NCBI GenBank assembly: GCA_964016885.1
Contig: OZ024742.1
Coordinates: 59,148,001-59,212,000, forward strand
Direction of reading: 5' to 3'
Length of the DNA: 64,000 nt
Source of the DNA: Eledone cirrhosa
Lineage: Eukaryota
Shown: one piece after another, positions 13,126 to 26,675 of the stretch
How the letters are laid out: every line of letters begins with the position of its first letter
Position numbering within the stretch: position 1 is the first letter of the stretch
Notes under the pieces: generated by a model
What the model saw: only the letters and a program-made list of their open reading frames with translations
The model's database searches: none
What the model was told of the DNA's origin: nothing
Program-made: the position numbers and the translations under genes

Positions 13126-13226
13126 AGATATATATGTTTATATGTAAGCATATGTATATGCATATGTATGGTGTATATATATATATATGTTTATATGTAA
13201 GCATATGTATATGCATATGCATGGTG

Positions 13227-13258
<32 letters not shown>

Positions 13259-13365
13259 GAACAGGTTAAAGCTTAAGCAATGAATAGGTGCTTTCACCCT
13301 TAACGGGATATATATATATAATCTTTATCGAGCCCTCGTCGAATTTTATTCTTCACATTTATTAT

Positions 13366-13458
<93 letters not shown>

Positions 13459-13562
13459 ATAATAAATTTGAAGACTAAAATCCAAAGAGGGCTCGATAAG
13501 GATAAATATATATCAAATATATAAGAACCGTAGAGCAAATATTTATTAAAATAGCAGATTAA

Positions 13563-13613
13563 AGTTTAAGTAAAGGATCGCTGCTTTCACCCTTAATGGG
13601 ATCTTCTGAAACT
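13563..13613 (-). ncRNA. Type I hammerhead, U4A core (family B copy in insert 13455-13630)
   Basis: Near-identical to 7109-7159. Confidence 0.65.
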
Positions 13614-13629
13614 AAAAAAGTCAATCTGT

Positions 13630-13760
<131 letters not shown>

Positions 13761-14033
13761 GTGTTTCCGTAGGAAAGGTAAAGGAAGGTGACGATTGTGA
13801 AACTGACATCAGTTTGACAATCGCCACCGACGAATGCGAGAAATTTCTCCAGGAAAGTTAACCAGGAATCTTTAAAAATCTTCCCACAGAAGTTAACAAA
13901 GAATTTACTAGATCTACCAACTCATAATATTATAATATTATAAAACGAAATCAAATTGTTTAGAACTACAAGTGAAGTCATTCATTTCCTTTTTTTCAAA
14001 TATACCTAACTCTACCAAGGATCTCACACATTT

Positions 14034-14112
<79 letters not shown>

Positions 14113-14323
14113 ATATGTAGTAATAAACACAGTAAATCGTGTGTTTGTTTGAAATATTTAACCATGAAACAACAACCCTCGTAATTTTAAACACACGATT
14201 TACTGTGTTTATTACTATATATATTATTATTATTATAATGCTCAGTATTTATACTTTGAGCTTGTTAATTACAGGGTTTCAGTATGAGTTATTAACTCAA
14301 ATTTTAGTTTAGAACATGTATTA

Positions 14324-14368
14324 GCTGACAATTGTTTCTTCCAGAGGGAAATCTGGAATCATCGGAAC
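14324..14368 (-). ncRNA. Type I hammerhead, U4C core
   Basis: gtt CCGATGA ttccaga tttccc tctggaa GAAA caattg TC agc; inside (TA)n insert 14098-15200. Confidence 0.7.
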
Positions 14369-15219
14369 ATAAGAAATGTCGAAACGTGTAACTAGAATCC
14401 TAGTCATTTAGAACATTTAGGGTTCATAGTTGTTATTAGTGTCAAAGGCATCATGTGGAGATTCAGGAGTTAAAAAGATGTTCTGCTTGAAATAACACAA
14501 TTACAGGCAGCACTGATTGGAAGTGTAAGTAAAAGTAAGTAAAAAGCACAAGCAATAGAAAATAACAAGCAAAAGAAATCACAGCCAAAAAAACACAGGG
14601 AAAGAAGTTATAAGCAAGGACAATGGATGTACAATGCAGGATTCAATACAGTCAATAATTCATGTATGATGAAAGAGTTATAATGCAGTTGAAATAAACA
14701 TATTTTGTGTGGGGTGTTAAAGCATGTTATATTTGTTATAAACATTTAAGATAGTGTGGAATTTGTTAGAGAGGCGTATGGTGATAATGTAGGTATTTTT
14801 TATGTAAGGTGTAATGTAAAGCACGTGATAGAGTTGGGTATGTGATTTTCATTTAAGTGTTTTTGTGTTGTAGTTCGTATTTTTGTGCATGTGTTGTTTG
14901 TTACTCACAGCTATTAACCATTGGATTATTTAAAGTTTTTTATAGTCAATAGGTGTTTGTTAGTTAAATTAAATTCCTCCGAATTACTGGTCATGTTGTT
15001 ATTGTAGGTATAGTATCTTATGCATTTTTTATCTGTAAATTATCTTTTCTAAGGTTTGTATTAACCGTTATTAAGCTGTTGGTAAACGGTTTACCAACAG
15101 CTCGAAAATTTGCATTGAGCCATTTTTCATACCGGTAACCGGCTAGTACTCAGTACTACCCTCCATATTTATAGTTATATCAAACATATATAAATATTAC
15201 TATATATATACATATATAT

Positions 15220-15388
15220 ATAGGAAAAGAGTCAGGACCCCGACGGCTGAGCTCCGACCGTTTCGACAGCTAGATCCGAACTAAGCCGTCGGGGTCCTGA
15301 CTCTTTTCCTATTACCCACTCTTCTTCTCTAAGTATTGAGTACTCTGGTGCGTTATGGTCCACCTGGTATCTTACCACACCCTCTTTG

Positions 15389-15391
<3 letters not shown>
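15220..15391 (+). mobile_element. Family A fold-back insert
   Basis: Inverted arm taggaaaagagtcaggaccccgacggc pairs with gccgtcggggtcctgactcttttccta; (TA)n flanks. Confidence 0.7.
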
Positions 15392-15457
<66 letters not shown>

Positions 15458-16129
15458 CGTGTGTGTGTGTGTGTATAGAAGCCCGTCGTAGGGATTGTGC
15501 ATTGTACTTGTGATTAAAACGGCCAGCCTTGTCATACCTCGTGTCTCGTTGAATGTCCATCAGAATTACGTTGAACATAAGCGTGTTAGTCGGATACTGT
15601 CACTTATACACGTTACTTCCTGAGCTGTTTTGTTAAACGTACAATTTTGGTGCTCATAGTAGAAATTGACTGAGATCCATTCCATTTTATTTATTATAAA
15701 TATATAGGGTAGTACGCTATAACCACTCACACGCTCACAGATCAGACCCAAGGGAAAAATATTTAGCTGACTGGCAAAATATCATCCATTAGTACTTTAT
15801 AAACATGGCTTACATATTTGCTAAAAGTGAACTAGTACACTGTAGAAATTATTCAATCGCCGTAGGGATTACAGCGTCTAAACAATTCAAACATTTATTA
15901 TTCAACAAGGAGTTAGATCATAAGATCCCACATTTTTTAATCTTCTAGATTCCTCGCAGACTTACATAATCTTCATCGGACGCCAATTACTAATTATGTA
16001 TGTATGCACGTATGTACGTAATTTGTACGGATGTACGTATGCATGTATACATACATACGTATGTATGTATGTATGTATGTATGTATGTATGTATGTATGT
16101 ATGTATGTATGTATGTATGTATGTATGTA

Positions 16130-16710
16130 TGCAAAACAACTCTTTTATGGAGAGTTGGTTAAAGGAAAACGACCGCCACATAAACCAAAAAAGAGGTATA
16201 AGGATTCCTTGAAAGTCTCTTTGAAAGACGCTAACATCTCTGCTGATACATGGGAAAATATTGCTGCTGATCGTAATAAATGGAGAAAGACTGTATATGA
16301 GGGAAAAGTTGCCTTTGAGGCATCTCGAATCGCATACGAGAAAGTAAAGCGGGATGTGAGGAAGGGCATTGTTGTTGCACTTCCAGACGGCGAGGGTCCT
16401 CCTATGGTGCTGACATGCAGCGTCTGTGCGAGACTCTGCCTAAGCAAAGCTGGACTCGAAAGTCATCTTCGCAATCATAAAGTAAGACCAGTGGTTGACT
16501 ACCAGGCTGCTGTTGGAGATGCTACTCATCATGCTTGCCAAACGTGTGGTAGAGAATGTAAATCAGCAGGAGGGCTCAAACGACATGCAAAAGTACAAGA
16601 ACTCCAACCACAGCCGGCTATTCCCAGTGAATGTTTTGGTTGCCGACTCTGTGCAAACATTTTAGATCATTGGCTGGGCTAAAAAGACACATTCGATCGC
16701 AGCGCTGTTA
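16130..16710 (+). mobile_element. RTE-clade LINE 3' ORF fragment with C2H2-like zinc fingers
   Basis: KQLFYGEL..GKRPPHKPKKRYKDSLK..WE..A.DR..WR, then CSVC..SKAGLESH and CQTC..SAGGLKRH; 3' stem-loop at 16970-17003; preceded by (TATG)n. Confidence 0.85.
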
Positions 16711-16795
16711 GTTGCTATCGTGTGTGTGTGTGTGTATAGATATGTTTATGTGCGCGCGTGTGTGTGTATATATATGTATATGTATATTATTATTG

Positions 16796-16827
<32 letters not shown>

Positions 16828-17044
16828 GTTATTAATGTATATGTGTGTATGTACATATATATGTGTGTATATATGTATATGTATGTGTGTATATATATAT
16901 ATATATATTTATTTTTTATTATTTTATTTTATTTTTTATTTATCTATTAATATTTTTTTTTCTCCTCGTTCAATGGCCATACTCGATAACGAGGGGGCAG
17001 CCATCATGTATGCATATATGTACGTATATATATGTATATGTTAG

Positions 17045-17560
17045 TTCGCTTTCGGGTGCTACTGGTAACAGTACAACCTGTCTCATGGTCGGGTCGTCGG
17101 CGACTAAACCAGCAACCTCACCAAGCTTGCTTGGTGAGGAGGATGATATTTGGACGCCCTGCAGGAAAATACAAGATCCGGCAAAGGGAGGAGGAACTCA
17201 GTAGAGTCAATGGCCATCCAAATAGTACTTTTTTTATTTTTTTTTTTACCTGGGAGTGAAAGGCCCCAGTTCTTGTCACAACACCTTTCTAGGAAGGAAA
17301 CCCAGAAAAAAAAAACCTGCGGTTTTGGAAGCATCCGATGATGTTGACCAGTTCTCCTTTTCGGGTAGTGTTTTCGATTCTCAAAGAGTGGGATTTGTCG
17401 AGTGGTAGGCCTTTCCCTATTTAAAAAAAAATCCAAAGCACAGGCATTGCTTGTTCAGGATATGTTACAGGTTCGTGTGGCTGGCCGTAGCCTAAACGTG
17501 CACCAAACTCTATAATCTTACAAGCCATTGCAATACTCTTACCAGAGTTTACAGCCATCA
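17045..17560 (+). mobile_element. RTE-like 5' region fragment
   Basis: 17045-17225 homologous to the 5' part of 59783-60391. Confidence 0.6.
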
Positions 17561-17645
17561 TATACATATATATGTATGTATGCGCAGATTAGTGCCTTAG
17601 AGCACAGTTAGCCTTCCGGGAGTGAGTCACCTCGGGTCCTTGTTA

Positions 17646-17717
<72 letters not shown>

Positions 17718-17865
17718 TCATAAGTAAGAATATAGTAAGACAAACAGAATCCTGTATGAAATTTGTATATATATATATATCTCCAGGTTCATATTCTGTG
17801 GTGACAGTCAAGTTTGCAATTTTCAACTGTCAGTTGAAAATTGCAAAGTTGACTGTCACCACAGA

Positions 17866-17910
17866 ATTTGAACCTGAAGATTGCGAAAGCATGAAAGTAC
17901 TCGTTCAAAT
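17866..17910 (+). ncRNA. Minimal type I hammerhead, canonical core
   Basis: atttgaac CTGAAGA t tgc gaaa gca t GAAA gtac TC gttcaaat; 8-bp helix I, GAAA-capped helix II, palindromic AGTACT helix III. Confidence 0.9.
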
Positions 17911-18026
17911 AACACTTAACATTTAATATTCTACCATACTATTTCATTCTAATACCATTATAATTTTAAAGGATTGTAAATAAAACGAGTAAATCAGACA
18001 AAGTTGGAATTCTTTTTATTAATATA

Positions 18027-18202
18027 TTGGCAGTATCGGTGGAGGGTCGCACGCCATGCTTTCCAGCATAGTTACGTCCCTTTACGATCTGAGTTCAAAT
18101 CCCGCCGAGGTTGACTTTGCCTTTCATCCTTACGGGGTCGATAAAATAAAGTACCAGTAATGCACTGGGTAATTGCTGGCCTTGTGCCTGAAGTAGAAAC
18201 AA

Positions 18203-18204
<2 letters not shown>
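18027..18204 (+). mobile_element. tRNA-derived SINE
   Basis: A-box TGGCAGTATCGG, B-box GAGTTCAAATCC, shared core and tail. Confidence 0.85.
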
Positions 18205-18254
<50 letters not shown>

Positions 18255-18454
18255 GAACATATATGTAATTATATTCAAGAAATATATTCTATAAATATCA
18301 TTCTATCTTTAATGCCGTCAATGTGTCAATAATAAAGTATAGAGCTTCTCTTATGCAAACAATTAATTCATCAAAATACTATTTTCTAAATTTGTATGAA
18401 TGTCCATATATCTAGTAACCTTCCAATATATGGTATATATATATATATAAATAT

Positions 18455-18681
18455 ATCACCGTGACCGACCAGACTGTCGGGCGCCAATCGGCTCCGCTGG
18501 TCGTGCTGTTTTAGCCATAAGATAACGCCATCCCACTGGTTGCGCGGGCAGGCTGGTACTCATTTCTAGAGCTGAGTAAACTGGAGAAACATGAAATAAA
18601 ATGTCTTGCTCAAGGAAACAACACATCAACCGGTCCTAGAATTGAACTCACAACCTTTCGGTTGCAACCACTAAGCCATGC

Positions 18682-18690
<9 letters not shown>
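18455..18690 (-). mobile_element. Second SINE family (CORE-like)
   Basis: Reverse complement gttgtgagttcaattc...ccttgagcaagacattttatttc; partial + copy at 40460-40535. Confidence 0.6.
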
Positions 18691-18741
<51 letters not shown>

Positions 18742-19493
18742 ATTATATTATTAATACAATAACAGAGATAGTTTAAAGCTAATCTCTGACTGGTAACCAT
18801 CTCACTCAACAAACATTAGGTTATATTTTAATATAAACCCAATTTAAGTGTTTGGGGTGCTAACAATATGTATTATGTGGAAAAGCCAGTTGTATTATTT
18901 TATGAGATATAATTAAAGTTAAAATATATCTCTCTTTCCAAACAATTGTTTCATTATAAGTTTTCTACAAATTCGGAGAATGTTTCCAGTTTATGTAGAA
19001 GCCTAATATACATTCATGTAAGAATATATTTAGGTGGGCGCTTATAAATCATCAGTGGAAGCCCATTAAACCTTGATATAAGAAAAACATTTCTTACCAC
19101 AGTTAAAAATCGTGTCTGTTAAGTTGCTCCCTCCCGCATCGAATGACCGGCAAATTTGAAATTCCAGCAGTTTTTGACTGAGGAAGTATTATAGCGTCAC
19201 TAAGCGGGAAGGGGAGACAACTACGATCCACGAAAGGAGGAAAAAAAAAAATATACACGCGGGTTAATCAGTTTTTTCGAAAACATTATCAATCCAACGT
19301 GTTAAGAACTCAATTGAAATTAAAAGAATAAATATATGCGTGTATGAATTACAGATGTAATATATATATATATATATATGGGTTTATCGAACATTTATTA
19401 TAATGCTCGGTGTGTTTGTAAACAAACATCCCGAATTAAGCCGTACAGTGTTTAGCAACCATCGTTGCCCTTTTGTTCAACACTGACAAAGGA

Positions 19494-19536
19494 ACGATGT
19501 ACTAGTTTCAAGCTTACTAGCTATCGTCAGCATCGT
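19494..19536 (-). ncRNA. Minimal type I hammerhead, canonical core
   Basis: acgatg CTGACGA t agct agta agct t GAAA ctag TA catcgt. Confidence 0.9.
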
Positions 19537-20125
19537 ATACCATCCTGCCAGATGATTGAACGTCTGAAAGTATATACTTTCCTTATGCATATTAACGGCT
19601 GAGCAGCCTAATTTGCATATCGAGTGAGTTAGTCGGCCGGGCGCACCGAAAACGATAAATGGAAAAATGAAACGAAATTTCATTTCTCACTCTTAGTACG
19701 GCTGTTACTTAAATATAAGTATGTATACGTACATATATATGTGTATACAGACGTACAGTAGTATGTACATATATACATACATGCACACATATATATATAT
19801 GTACGTATGGGTTTATTTACAAACAAACCGAGCATTATAATAAATGTTCGATAAACCCATACGTACATATATATATGTGTGCATGTATGTATATATATAC
19901 ATACTACTGTACGTCTGTATACATTTATGTACGTATACATACTTATATTTAAGTAACAGCCGTACTATGAGTGAGAAATGAAATTTCGTTTCATTTTTTC
20001 CATTTATCGTTTCCGGTGCGCCCGGCCGACTAACTCACTCGATATGCAAATTAGGCTGCTCAGCCGTTAATATGCATAAGGAAAGTATATACTTTCAGAC
20101 GTTCAATCATATGGCAGGAAGGTAT

Positions 20126-20168
20126 ACGATGCTGACGATAGCTAAAAAGCTTGAAACTAGTATATCGT
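20126..20168 (+). ncRNA. Minimal type I hammerhead, canonical core
   Basis: acgatg CTGACGA t agct aaaa agct t GAAA ctag TA tatcgt. Confidence 0.85.
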
Positions 20169-20442
20169 TCCTTTGTCAGTGTTGAACAAAGGGCAACGAT
20201 GGTTGCTAAACACTGTACGGCTTAATCCTGGCATTATAATAAATGTTCGATAAACCCATACGTACATATATATATGTGTGCATGTATGTATATATATACA
20301 TACTACTGTACGTCTGTATACATATATGTATGTACGTATACATACTTATATTTAAGTAACAGCCGTACTACGAGTGAGAAATGAAATTTCGTTTCATATT
20401 TTTCCATATATATACATACATATATATATATATAAATATATA

Positions 20443-20531
<89 letters not shown>

Positions 20532-20835
20532 ATAAACCAATCCTGCACTCCAAATATTCAATACGTTCAACATTATTCAACGGGTTCACTTGTAGTTACA
20601 TAAAACTGTTATCAGGTATTCCTGCACTGGATTTTTCAGTTAGTGAATATTACCCACTGTTATGAATAAAGACACGGGTTACACATAATTTGAACTCATA
20701 ACTGAAGTATCAATTAAGATTAAACCTTTGGTAGTGTAATATATATATATATAGAATTACCCACCAAATGAATGAAGCATATAAAAACTACATATATTTT
20801 TTATTAAGTCCCTTCGTGATTAAAATTATTTTATC

Positions 20836-20880
<45 letters not shown>

Positions 20881-20983
20881 TGTGTGCGCGTGTGTATGTA
20901 TATATGTGTGTCTGTGTATAAATATATACACATAAATTTATGCATATATACATATGAGTGTGTGTACATACATATATGTGTAT

Positions 20984-22705
20984 TAGGGCGTTTCATTTTG
21001 CAGACTATTTGTCAATCGTCTCATGTCGATTACACCCGTATTTAAATTGATAAAATAACGGTGTCTTTCGAATTATCGGTCAATCGAATAATACTTACAA
21101 GCTGCACATTTTCACATGTTTTTATTTATGACTATTTCTTTTTATCAGGCCTGTGGTGTATTGTCCTTTCTGTTCACGTGACTGAATCTAATGAGGACAC
21201 CACACGACCGAGCGAAATGAAAGGAAAATAAGTAGGAGGAATATGTCTGAATACACTATAATATTGAGGTTAAAGAGAGAAAGATCTTTTATGAATGAAA
21301 TTTGTAACCAGAAATGACGTTTTGTAGATCTCTTGAGTTACATAGTACAAGCTGAGATTATTAAATGTTCAGAACTATCTTGATCACATATATGACCTTA
21401 GCCCTCCAACGAACCTGGTGGTAAAATCCTGGGACCAAGAAGGAGAACTGGGGAGATAGCCAACAACCAAGATATAGAAGGGAGAGTTTTATGAATTCAG
21501 CATTATCACCTCAGGGATGATCTCCAGGAAGCGGTACAGTCAGTAGAAATTCAAGTATCTCACTCTTTTGCTTGTAAAAACCTTTCACAGACTTTCAACA
21601 TCCCCGAAACGTTTAGAACAATGGAATACTGAGACCAGATGATGGGAAAAAGATCTGAAAGACTTTCGTCAAAATCAGTTCAAGAATGTGATGGCAAACT
21701 AGCCACAACAGGCATTTTTTTCAGAGGCGTTTTAATGTTTGTACTGGCTCCTTGGTGCATGCCGGTGTTACTTGTAGCGGTGGCGAAGGACATATCAACT
21801 ATTCTATTTTCAATTTTAACTCTTTGAATTTCCTTCAAAGCAACTGCAGCAACTTATCGTCCTGTTCCATCTCTTGCATTAGGAACACATAAGAGCTTCT
21901 TTCCTTTTTCAGTAATGAAACTTGCAACCCTTCGAGTGTGCTGGATCAGGAAGCCGAGAGTAATATTTCTCCATCTCAGTGGAAGACTAACCAGGATCTG
22001 TTCAGATGGGAAAGCGGATAACTCAAGTTCCTGAGCCATCATCTCACAATGACTAGATCTTGCTCGATAAACAGTTGAGGGAGAAATGGAAAATTCAGAC
22101 ACATCATGACCAGACTCTCCGCATGTTTTGCATCAACACCAGCCAGCGATGAATGAAGACATCCGATATTTCTGCTGTGTCTCAAGGAAAGCTTTGTCTT
22201 CAGATGGGACATCCTTTCGTTCCAGAACGTTCTGGTTTGCAATGTCAAACATTTCCTCGAGATCACCTTTCCAAACTTCACGCTTCCGTCTACAATTTGT
22301 CGATTGAAATGCGGATGTTTTTTTTTCCATTTTGGTTGGGATAGTTGCTTTTCTCCACTCCTGCATCTTTTGGCTAGGGTTTTTTTTACGGCAACTGAAA
22401 TTGTCTCCCCGAGTTCGACGAGATGGTAGAAAAAACACGACAGCACATGTTGTTTGGAGGAGAGCCGTGTCTTAGGCAACTCCCCTTCAGGCTTTTTCTC
22501 AAGCAGCCAATTAGCCTTTCTGGTTTCCATTTTCTTATTCACTGTGAAAGATGAAGAGCAAAATCAATCAGTGCAACCTCTAAATATATTTGTATCTCCT
22601 CGTGTCTTCGTCAGTATAGATTTTATGTAAAATGAATTCGGAGCAAAATCGACAGGAGGTGATTTCAACTAAATAAATCTTTCCCTATAAAAATGAAACA
22701 CACTA
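20984..22705 (-). mobile_element. Degenerate hAT-superfamily (hATm-like) DNA transposon
   Basis: TIRs tagggcgtttcatttt / aaaatgaaacacacta; flanks atgtgtat / atgtgtgt resemble an 8-bp TSD; fragments SFATATSNTGMHQGA, LLWLVCHHILELI, VLSCFFYH..W.KATIPTK. Confidence 0.65.
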
Positions 22706-22725
22706 ATGTGTGTATATTATTACAC

Positions 22726-23107
22726 GGTGGTTGGCAGTATCGGTAGAGAGTCAGACGCCATGCTTTGCAGTACAGAGTTTCGGCCCTTTACTGTCTGAGC
22801 TCAAATCCCGCCTAGGTTAACTTTGCTTTTCATCCTTACGGGGTCGATAAAATAAAGTACCAGTAATGTACTGGGAAATTGCTGGCCTTGTGCCAAAAAG
22901 TAGAAACAATTATTACACGGTGGATTGGCAGTATCGGTAGAGGGTCGGACGCCATGCTTTGCAGTACAGAGTTTCGGCCCTTTACTGTCTTAGCTCAAAT
23001 CCCGCTGAGGTTAACTTTGCGTTTCATCCTTACGGGGTCGGTAAAATAAAATACCAGTAATGCACTGGTATAATTGTTGGCCCTGTGCCAAAAGTAGAAA
23101 CAATTAT
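22726..23107 (+). mobile_element. Two tandem tRNA-derived SINE copies
   Basis: ~190-bp unit repeated head to tail with A/B boxes. Confidence 0.85.
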
Positions 23108-23437
23108 TGCATACATTATTATGCAGATATTACTTAAACGAAGTGAGATTTCACGCGTGTGGGACAGGAGGTAGCATATATATGTGACTGTGGAGCGAGA
23201 GACGGAGAGAAAGAGAGAATGAGAAAAAGAAAGAGAGAGAGATTGGGAAAAGTGAACATGCTTAATGGAATTTAATTTGACGCCTTACATTTCTATGTTC
23301 AATTCCCGCTGGGGGCTTATTCTATGCTCAATCCCTCATACCCTATAGCTAACATAATTAATGTTATTTTACTGACTCCAGTGTGATATCCCCTACAAAA
23401 TTGACTTGGGTTATTAACACATGTATATATATATATG

Positions 23438-23468
<31 letters not shown>

Positions 23469-23522
23469 GAATATGTATGTATATGTAAATATTTATATGT
23501 TTATGTATATATATATGTACAC

Positions 23523-23599
<77 letters not shown>

Positions 23600-23949
23600 T
23601 ACATGTGTGTGTGTATATAGATATATTTGTATACACACACACATATATATACAATAAAATTATTTATACCTTTTGCTTCTTTATATATTTTCTGCCTCTT
23701 TTAATTTCAAATATTTTCTTAATTATAGAGATTGGTAAATAATTGCCAGAAAAGCAGGTTTTTTACTTGACCTAGTGGAACATCTGTTTCCAATTGCTTT
23801 GTTCTTTCTCGCCTGGATGTGGACAAATACACTCATATCGCAGCTGTACTTTTTTTCATTTATCAACGCCCCGCTCCCTTCTTTTTTACTGACGGAGATA
23901 TTGGACATACAATAGGCAACAGATTTTGTAATATACATTTTTATTAATG

Positions 23950-24555
23950 GATTGGCAGAATCGTTAAGGAGTCGGAGAAAATGCTTTGTTGCATGTGTTC
24001 TGGAAATTTACGTTCTGAGTTCGAATCTCTCTGAGGTTAACTTTGCCTTTCATCCTTCCAGTCAGATCGCTATGATAACGTACCATTCAAGTACTGTGGA
24101 TGGCCGGGGGGGTGGTATAATTGACTTTCCACTTCCCTTCAAATCCGCTGGGTTTGTGCTTAATTTAGAAACCTTATTAGAACCAGGAAGTTGTTTGCTT
24201 TTATATTATGTGTTCATGTTTCGCCAATATTAGATTTACCTTTCATCCTTTGGGATTGATAACATGATGTCAACCAACAGCACCCATGAGGGCATCTTTG
24301 ATAAACGTTATATGCTTGTCATGGAGTCGTCGTGAGAGAACGGATTTTGTTCCAGCGAAGTATAGATAGTGATAGGGAGTAAGTGTGAATGAGATATATA
24401 TAGAAATAAACGACCTAGTACTGGACTGATACATTTTTTTATCGACCTCAAAAGGATGACCTCGGTGGGATTTGAACTCAGAGGGAGAATAGAGCCTGAA
24501 CGAATACCACAAAGCATTCTATCAGACGCTCTAACGATTTTGCCAATTCGCCGCC
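23950..24555. mobile_element. Older SINE copies (23950-24180 +, 24405-24555 -)
   Basis: Diverged A/B boxes and shared core. Confidence 0.65.
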
Positions 24556-24950
24556 AGTACGTGTCATTAAGTTCAGATAAAATGTATATTGTTCAGATTT
24601 GTGTTCAGTATACTACTGAAGACAGAAAGGGTTTGGAGTATCTTTAGTATTTATATATTTATATTTATTTTTTTACAAAGGAGGATAGCTTTAAGCTAGT
24701 CATTAAACAGCTGCAAAAGATTATTATTGTTTTTCTTTGGGGGAGAAGTGGGGGTTTGTTCATGGTTTTCCTCTCCTGAAAGGACCACAAAAAGCAAAAG
24801 TTATTTAATAGACAACCTTGATGTTAACAATATAATGTTTTGGTTTTTTGCCATGTATATGAATCTTACACTCGTATTTTAAACTTTGGTTTAGAGTGTA
24901 TGTTTCTTTCTGTCGTCTCGACTGGCGCGCACACACATGTAAATAAATAA

Positions 24951-25007
<57 letters not shown>

Positions 25008-25011
<4 letters not shown>

Positions 25012-25123
25012 GAAGGAATTGTGGTAAGGAACCAGATGGACCATAACGCACCAAAGTACTCAATACTTGAGTCCAGAAATAGCCGTCGAAACGGCTTGAG
25101 CTCTGCCGTCGGGGTCTTACTTA
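25008..25123. mobile_element. Family A inverted insert next to the large PLE
   Basis: Family A 3' end on minus joined to TGAgtccagaaatagccgtcGAAACggcttgagctctgccGTCggggtc on plus. Confidence 0.7.
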
Positions 25124-25140
25124 TATATATATATATATAT

Positions 25141-25916
25141 ATATGAAATATAAGAATCAAAGAACTGTTCAAAACATTATTGTGCTTACAGCTGTTTCCT
25201 CCAAACCGAGGTTTGGATTCTTCGGAGCAATTTATTAATGCATGGACAGTTATATGACCTCCTTTTCAGCCGAGAGACATACCAATACATATTCAAACAT
25301 TGATACATATTCAAACATTGTGGGTCAACATTCATTACAAAATTTAGAGTGGCAGTACACACTTCGAGATTACATTTATATTAATAGGTACAATCAAAAA
25401 TCAAAGATATAGGTTAAAGTACAACATGAAGATAAGTGGTTATATAGTGCAAATGTTATATGTGTGGCACGCATGTGCGTCTTGTTTATATAGTGTGGCA
25501 GAGAGATATATGTGTGGTAGAGGCACTTAGGTAGGTAAATAAGAGTGTTAGGTTGGTAGATCTGGTGGCAAAGTCTTTATATGATTGATGTAGTCTGTGT
25601 GTGGAGAAATATTATAAGCATTAAAGATAGTGCAAGCATTAAAAGTGTTATAAGTATTGGAGAAGCACAACGCAGGGATGTCAAGTAATTCATGTACTTC
25701 GGCATTTTCATGGTCAAGGGAGTGTATATTTCGATTATATGCCTTTCACATAATCCACGACAATCCAGTTAGAGATCGTAGTCTGGTGCTCTTTAGTTCG
25801 ATACAGGAGGTTGTTACGTTTCGAGAGACGCCATTGAATACCGGAAGTGTGTGTGTGGCTAAGGGGAGTTAATGCATGCGGGGAGGTAACTCTGGGGTTT
25901 CTATATCTAGCCATTA
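25141..25916 (-). repeat. 3' pseudo-LTR
   Basis: Identical by eye to 29347-30115 except a 7-bp indel. Confidence 0.9.
25183..25229 (-). ncRNA. pLTR type I hammerhead, U4C core
   Basis: tgct CCGAAGA a tccaaacc tc ggtttgga g GAAA cagctg TA agca. Confidence 0.85.
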
Positions 25917-26675
25917 AAATGTGTCCCAATATGGACCCTAAATTCTATGGTGAGGTGCACCTTCCAAGAGAGACTTTTAAAGCATGAAGTGTACTAACTA
26001 TAGAGTAGTTTAACTAAATTATGCTGAAGGTGATCATATTATTATTAAGGTGGATTAACCCATCTTAAGGTGCTACAAATGGAAATTATAGATGATGAGC
26101 GAGGATTCTAAATTAATGATCTCTGTGGTTGTAGTCTGCTCATATGACCAGGCGCGGTGATTGCAGGATTGCTTCAGGACCCAATGATCTCTGGTAAGAT
26201 CTGGGTCATCGCTTGCTACATTGGATGTCGAAAGATAATCGTCCCCAGGCAGGCCAAAAGGTCAATCCGCAGTCCTCGCGACCCCTCTCTGACCATCAGA
26301 TCATCCATATACGTACAACCCGCACGGCAGTTGCATTGCATTCACTCACTGCGCTCAGCAGCCCGGTCCTACTGGTCAACAGCGCTACTCGATTAAATCA
26401 TTTTACATCTGTCTAAGGAAGGTGTTTCCTCTGCCCAACACCATCCAACCGATCAATTCATGCTCAAATTACCCTTAGAGCGGTGTAGTGCCGTCCAGGT
26501 GGGTGGATGTTGTCACACCTGCCGTAGAGGTATAAATGGGTATTTTCCCTGCGAAGGGTTCCAGAGGGATGTCGTTGTTTGTGTTATAATGGATCAGCTA
26601 GTGTTGGGTATGTAGTATAGGGTGTGTCTCTGGTGTTTGATGCTAGATGTGGTGTTAGGTTCCAGTCCGACATTG

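Larger units (their letters stand above)
19377..20407. mobile_element. Retrozyme-like non-coding element, ~430-nt monomer; inverted monomer plus ~1.4-mer
   Basis: atgggtttat recurs at 19378/19807 (minus arm); gcattataataaatg recurs at 19832/20231 (plus arm); one hammerhead per unit; (TA)n flanks. Confidence 0.8.

Noticed and set aside
13820-13870. CCGACGA...GAAAgttaacCA hammerhead-like string
   Set aside because: Position 16.1 is C in both copies and helix I does not pair; not counted
18027-18110. tRNA gene calls for A/B-box sequences
   Set aside because: They are SINE heads followed by a shared non-tRNA core; no cloverleaf evident
19545-19585. CAGATGA...GAAAgtatatacTT
   Set aside because: No helix I, and the core is not conserved in the other arm; the supported motif is at 19494-19536
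18935-20620. Decayed hammerhead-like strings at ~18935-19020 and ~20560-20620 (also ~15870-15985)
   Set aside because: Too many core and helix mismatches to support
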